DNA from: Spirochaetia bacterium
GTDB lineage: Bacteria; Spirochaetota; Spirochaetia; UBA9216
Assembly (NCBI GenBank): GCA_965140585.1
Contig: OZ223264.1
Span: forward strand, 640,001-704,000
Length of the DNA: 64,000 nucleotides
Reading direction: 5' to 3'
Shown here: piece by piece, positions 60,711 through 64,000 of the stretch
How the letters are laid out: every line of letters begins with the position of its first letter
Position numbering within the stretch: the first letter of the stretch is position 1
Notes under the pieces: model-generated
Told to the model about the DNA's origin: nothing
The model's input: the letters and a program-made list of their open reading frames with translations, nothing else
Databases searched by the model: none
Translations under genes and position numbers: made by a program

Positions 60711-61057
60711 TGCTGTCCCTCATCCATCATTCTGCCGAGTGCGGCACAGGCTCTGAACATTGAAGTCCTGGTAGAGATCAGGGTTATATCAAATTCATCA
60801 GCCAGTTTTATCATTCCGGGCTGGGGTGTTTTTCCATTCACAAGCAGAATTCCAACGGCATCAACTATATGTGCTGTTCTGAGGGTCTGCTCAGTATTAA
60901 GCGCAGTAATAAGCAGCAGTCCTTCTTCTTCTGCGACAAGGACTTCACTCATTAAATCGCTTGCAACTATGTTTTCAATTCCGGCTTTTTTAAAGTTACT
61001 GCTCTGGCTGTAGGTTATACATTCAAGATTTCCGGAAACTTCTTCAAGAGTTATCAT
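60707..61057 (-). CDS. DRTGG-domain protein
   Basis: ASDLMSEVL..LLITAL..Q.LRTA..GKTP; start placed at ATG 61057. Confidence 0.8.
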   Translation of the reverse strand: MITLEEVSGNLECITYSQSSNFKKAGIENIVASDLMSEVLVAEEEGLLLITALNTEQTLRTAHIVDAVGILLVNGKTPQPGMIKLADEFDITLISTRTSMFRACAALGRMMDEGQH

Positions 61058-61063
61058 ATATAC

Positions 61064-61157
61064 ATTCTCTATTATTTGATGGCACGGGTCAACTACTGCC
61101 ATAGTGGCGTTTTATCTGAATATTAAAATTGACAATGTCTTGAAAATCAAAGAAGAT
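61064..61157. promoter_or_regulatory. Divergent leaderless-type promoters (DRTGG operon and nqr/rnf operon)
   Basis: Minus: TTGACC-17-GAGAAT-6-ATG(61057); plus: TTGACA(61129)-17-GAAGAT-6-ATG(61164). Confidence 0.55.
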
Positions 61158-61163
61158 AGTAGT

Positions 61164-62129
61164 ATGGCAACAACAGATAAAAAAAAGCCGTTAATCATGC
61201 GGCAGAAGGTAATGTTCCAGGTAGTGTATTCTCTTATTCCTGTTGCGGTGCTGTCAATTTACTTTTTCGGATGGAGAGCCCTCTCCGTTTTGTTAATTGT
61301 AAATATCGCAGGATTTTTAAGTGAGTATATCTTCGCAAAGATCTATAAAAAGCAGGTTTCGTCAGCTGTTTTTGTGACCAACTTTCTTTTCGCCCTCTCT
61401 CTACCTCCGGCTGTTCCTTACTGGATAGCAGTTGCAGGTATTGTATTCGGCGTTATTTTCGGAAAGATGGTCTTCGGCGGATTCGGACGGAATGTCTTCA
61501 ATCCTGCTATTTCAGGCCGGGCTTTTATATATATCAGCTTCGGTGTTCCTATGACCTCAGGCTTTGTTCCTGTTTCTTCGGGCTTTCCAGGAGGTTTTTC
61601 ACAGTGGCTTAATGGTGCTGATGCCGTTTCCAAGGCTACTCCGATTGCAAATTTTGCATCCGGGACAGATACTCCGCTTATGAATCTGCTGCTCGGCAAT
61701 GTTTCAGGATCTCTGGGTGAGACAAGCGCTATTCTGATTATTATTGCCGGTATCTTTTTGATCTACAAAAAAGCCGCAAACTTCAGAATAATTCTTTCGG
61801 GTCTTGTCGGTTACCTTGTAATTCAGGCGGCTTTTTACTTCGGTGGCCTGGAAGGTGCTGTAAATCCTGTTTACGGACTGCTGAGTGGAAGTCTTCTATA
61901 CGGAATGGTTTTCATGGCTACAGACCCCATTTCATCGTCTCAGACGACTGATGCCGGACGCTGGATTTACGGAGCCCTTATTGGTGTCTTAATCGCTTTG
62001 ATAAGGCTTTTCTCGATATGGGTTGAGGCAACAACCTTCGCAATTCTGCTTGCGAACATGTTTGCGCCGCTTCTTGATCATTATATGAAGGAGTACAAGA
62101 AAAAGAAAAAGGCAGGTGCAAAAGCATGA
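61164..62129 (+). CDS. NqrB/RnfD-family membrane flavoprotein
   Basis: GKMVFGGFGRNVFNPAISGRAF, FMN site DAVSKATP, GSLGETS, FMATDP, FAILLAN. Confidence 0.9.
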   Translation: MATTDKKKPLIMRQKVMFQVVYSLIPVAVLSIYFFGWRALSVLLIVNIAGFLSEYIFAKIYKKQVSSAVFVTNFLFALSLPPAVPYWIAVAGIVFGVIFGKMVFGGFGRNVFNPAISGRAFIYISFGVPMTSGFVPVSSGFPGGFSQWLNGADAVSKATPIANFASGTDTPLMNLLLGNVSGSLGETSAILIIIAGIFLIYKKAANFRIILSGLVGYLVIQAAFYFGGLEGAVNPVYGLLSGSLLYGMVFMATDPISSSQTTDAGRWIYGALIGVLIALIRLFSIWVEATTFAILLANMFAPLLDHYMKEYKKKKKAGAKA

Positions 62130-62725
62130 AAAAAGACGGATTTTATGCAGAAAGAATTAAACCTGTTGTTGTGATGGCTGTTATTACAATCATCTGTATT
62201 GCAATCATATCGGGAATCTACCTTGCAACCCTCGATACGGTGACTGCAAACAACGGCCTTTTTCAGAAAAAAGCGGTTCTCTACGCCGGTGGTATTGAGG
62301 TTCCGGAGTCTAATGCAACTGTAAATGAGCTGTATGCACAAAGGGTGTCAGAAAATAACGGTGTTTTTATTATCAAGGGTTCAGACGGAAATCCTGCTGC
62401 TTATGCCTTTATCATCTCAGGGCCTGGGCTCTGGGGTACAATAGAGGCTGTAACAGCCTTTGAACCTGATTTTAAGACTTTTACAGGTGTTGAGTTTACC
62501 GATCAGAATGAAACTCCTGGACTCGGAGCCAGAATAACTGAAACCTGGTTCAAGGAGCAGCTTCGCGGAAAGACCGGCCCCCTGACTATGGTTCCCGAAG
62601 GTTCCCCGACTTCAGATACCGAAATCGATGCCATAACCGGTGCTTCCCGTACCAGCGGCTATGTTCTTGATATCTTCAACAGGGCTGCTGAAAAGGCAGA
62701 AGAGATTGAAAAGGAGGTAATGTAA
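62126..62725 (+). CDS. NqrC/RnfG-family FMN-binding subunit
   Basis: N-terminal TM, GPGLWGTI (NqrC-like), ETPGLG, DAITGASRTS. Confidence 0.85.
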   Translation: MKKDGFYAERIKPVVVMAVITIICIAIISGIYLATLDTVTANNGLFQKKAVLYAGGIEVPESNATVNELYAQRVSENNGVFIIKGSDGNPAAYAFIISGPGLWGTIEAVTAFEPDFKTFTGVEFTDQNETPGLGARITETWFKEQLRGKTGPLTMVPEGSPTSDTEIDAITGASRTSGYVLDIFNRAAEKAEEIEKEVM

Positions 62726-63318
62726 TGGCATCAGGAAAAATCGCCAAAACCTTCATAAGTCCGCTTGGAAAGGACAACCCGGTTTTCATACAGATCCTGG
62801 GAATATGCTCAACCCTTGCGGTAACAAACAAACTTGAAAATACAATTGTCATGACACTCGGGGTTTTGTTTACCACAGCTCTTTCATCATTCACATTCTC
62901 AGCCCTGCGGAAGGTTATTCCGGGCAGAATAAGGATGATGGTTGAAACTCTTATCATTGCAACCTACGTTATTATTGTTGATATAGTGCTTAAGGCCTAT
63001 CTTCCTGAGATCTCAAAGCAGCTGGGACCCTATGTCGGACTTATAATCACCAACTGTATTGTTATGGGCCGTATGGAGGCTTTCGCCGCCAGCAATCCCC
63101 CTGGACTGAGTCTTATAGACGGTCTTGCGTCGGGAATCGGATATTCATATGTACTGATAATAATTGCTTTTTTCAGGGAACTACTGGGCTCGGGAACAAT
63201 CCTGGGAATCAGTGTTTTCGGAAGCTGGTGGACGAACTGGGCAATCATGATTATGCCGCCCGGTGCTTTCTTCATGCTGGCAATCTTTATCTGGATAGTT
63301 AAGGGGAGGTCAGAATGA
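62725..63318 (+). CDS. NqrD/RnfE-family subunit
   Basis: NPVFIQILGICSTLAVT (NqrD-like), VGLIITNCIVMGR.EAFA, RELLG, PPGAF. Confidence 0.9.
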   Translation: MASGKIAKTFISPLGKDNPVFIQILGICSTLAVTNKLENTIVMTLGVLFTTALSSFTFSALRKVIPGRIRMMVETLIIATYVIIVDIVLKAYLPEISKQLGPYVGLIITNCIVMGRMEAFAASNPPGLSLIDGLASGIGYSYVLIIIAFFRELLGSGTILGISVFGSWWTNWAIMIMPPGAFFMLAIFIWIVKGRSE

Positions 63319-63902
63319 ACATGCTGCCAGTAGCCATTTTCTTCGGCTCAATTTTTACCGGAAACATTCTGCTTGCTAATTATCTTGGAATGTGTTCCTT
63401 CCTGTCTGTTTCAAAGGAAATTAAGACATCAACAGGTCTGGGTGCTGCGGTTATTTTTGTAATGGCTGTAACCACACTTTTAAACTGGATAGTCTATCAC
63501 TACCTGCTGATACCCCTGGGGCTGGAATATCTTCGGTTTATTGTATTTATCGTTGTTATAGCCGCCTTCGTACAGCTGGTTGAAATGATAATTGAAAGAG
63601 TCAGTGAAGGTTTGTATGCCGCACTTGGAATCTTTCTACCGCTCATTACTGTAAACTGTGCTATTCTTGGTGTCAGCCTTTTTATGGTAATCCGTGATTA
63701 TGATCTGATTTCTTCATTTTTCTTTGGACTGGGAAGCGGTGTAGGCTGGTTTCTTGCCATTCTTGCAATGGCCGGAATCAGAAAAAAGATAGCGTCGGCT
63801 CCGGTGCCTAAAGGTCTTGAAGGTCCGGGAATCACGCTGATCATAGCCGGAATGATGGCCCTTGCCTTTATGGGCTTTTCCGGAATGATAAATATAAGTT
63901 AG
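63315..63902 (+). CDS. NqrE/RnfA-family subunit
   Basis: YLGMCSFLSVSK (NqrE-like), IAAFVQLVE, LGIFLPLITVNCAILG, GLEGPGIT. Confidence 0.9.
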   Translation: MNMLPVAIFFGSIFTGNILLANYLGMCSFLSVSKEIKTSTGLGAAVIFVMAVTTLLNWIVYHYLLIPLGLEYLRFIVFIVVIAAFVQLVEMIIERVSEGLYAALGIFLPLITVNCAILGVSLFMVIRDYDLISSFFFGLGSGVGWFLAILAMAGIRKKIASAPVPKGLEGPGITLIIAGMMALAFMGFSGMINIS

Positions 63903-63912
63903 GGAGGTTTCG

Positions 63913-64000
63913 ATGTTTTCTGTATCAGCACTTTTAATAAGCATCGGGGCCATTACTGCCCTGACAGTAATTCTGGCGGTAATTCTTGTCGTTGCAGATG
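63913..64000 (+). CDS. N-terminal TM anchor of the next subunit (NqrF-like or RnfB), truncated by the window end
   Basis: GGGAGG RBS; MFSVSALLISIGAITALTVILAVILVVAD. Confidence 0.6.
   Translation, partial: MFSVSALLISIGAITALTVILAVILVVAD

Noticed and set aside
1-64000. CRISPR arrays, transposases, integrases, prophage genes, rRNA, defence systems
   Set aside because: No repeat-spacer periodicity or matching protein motifs seen on reading the window

Overview
Bacterial chromosomal window, very likely from an anaerobic free-living spirochaete (class I LysRS, spirochaete-type lipoboxes, [FeFe]-hydrogenase). All calls come from motifs read in the translations; no database searches were run. From left to right: (1) a truncated TspO-like gene, a YegD-like Hsp70, and an AraC-controlled YbtPQ/EqbKL-like ABC + MptD-type ECF + methyltransferase uptake cassette; (2) a surface lipoprotein and a beta-repeat gene split by one in-frame TGA, next to tRNA-Ile2(CAT); (3) a ~24 kb membrane-lipid block: carotenoid genes (crtI, GT2, crtB, cruF, crtE, crtD-like, acyltransferase) run without a gap into a CCG-anchored fumarate reductase/succinate dehydrogenase (sdhABE-like) and menA, met by a convergent phytol-kinase/DUF92 pair, then two divergent PlsAR/Ger-like ether-lipid reductases with a TetR; (4) housekeeping genes (rlpA, lysS, dacA, era, clpP, purC); (5) rex, an electron-bifurcating Hnd-type hydrogenase, an inverted DRTGG/CBS-kinase/PHP module, and an Nqr/Rnf-like operon with no nqrA/rnfC at its start. 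The best candidate for a new system is the carotenoid-menaquinone-fumarate reductase operon, a plausible O2-independent electron sink for carotenoid desaturation. Several genes also appear to be leaderless.
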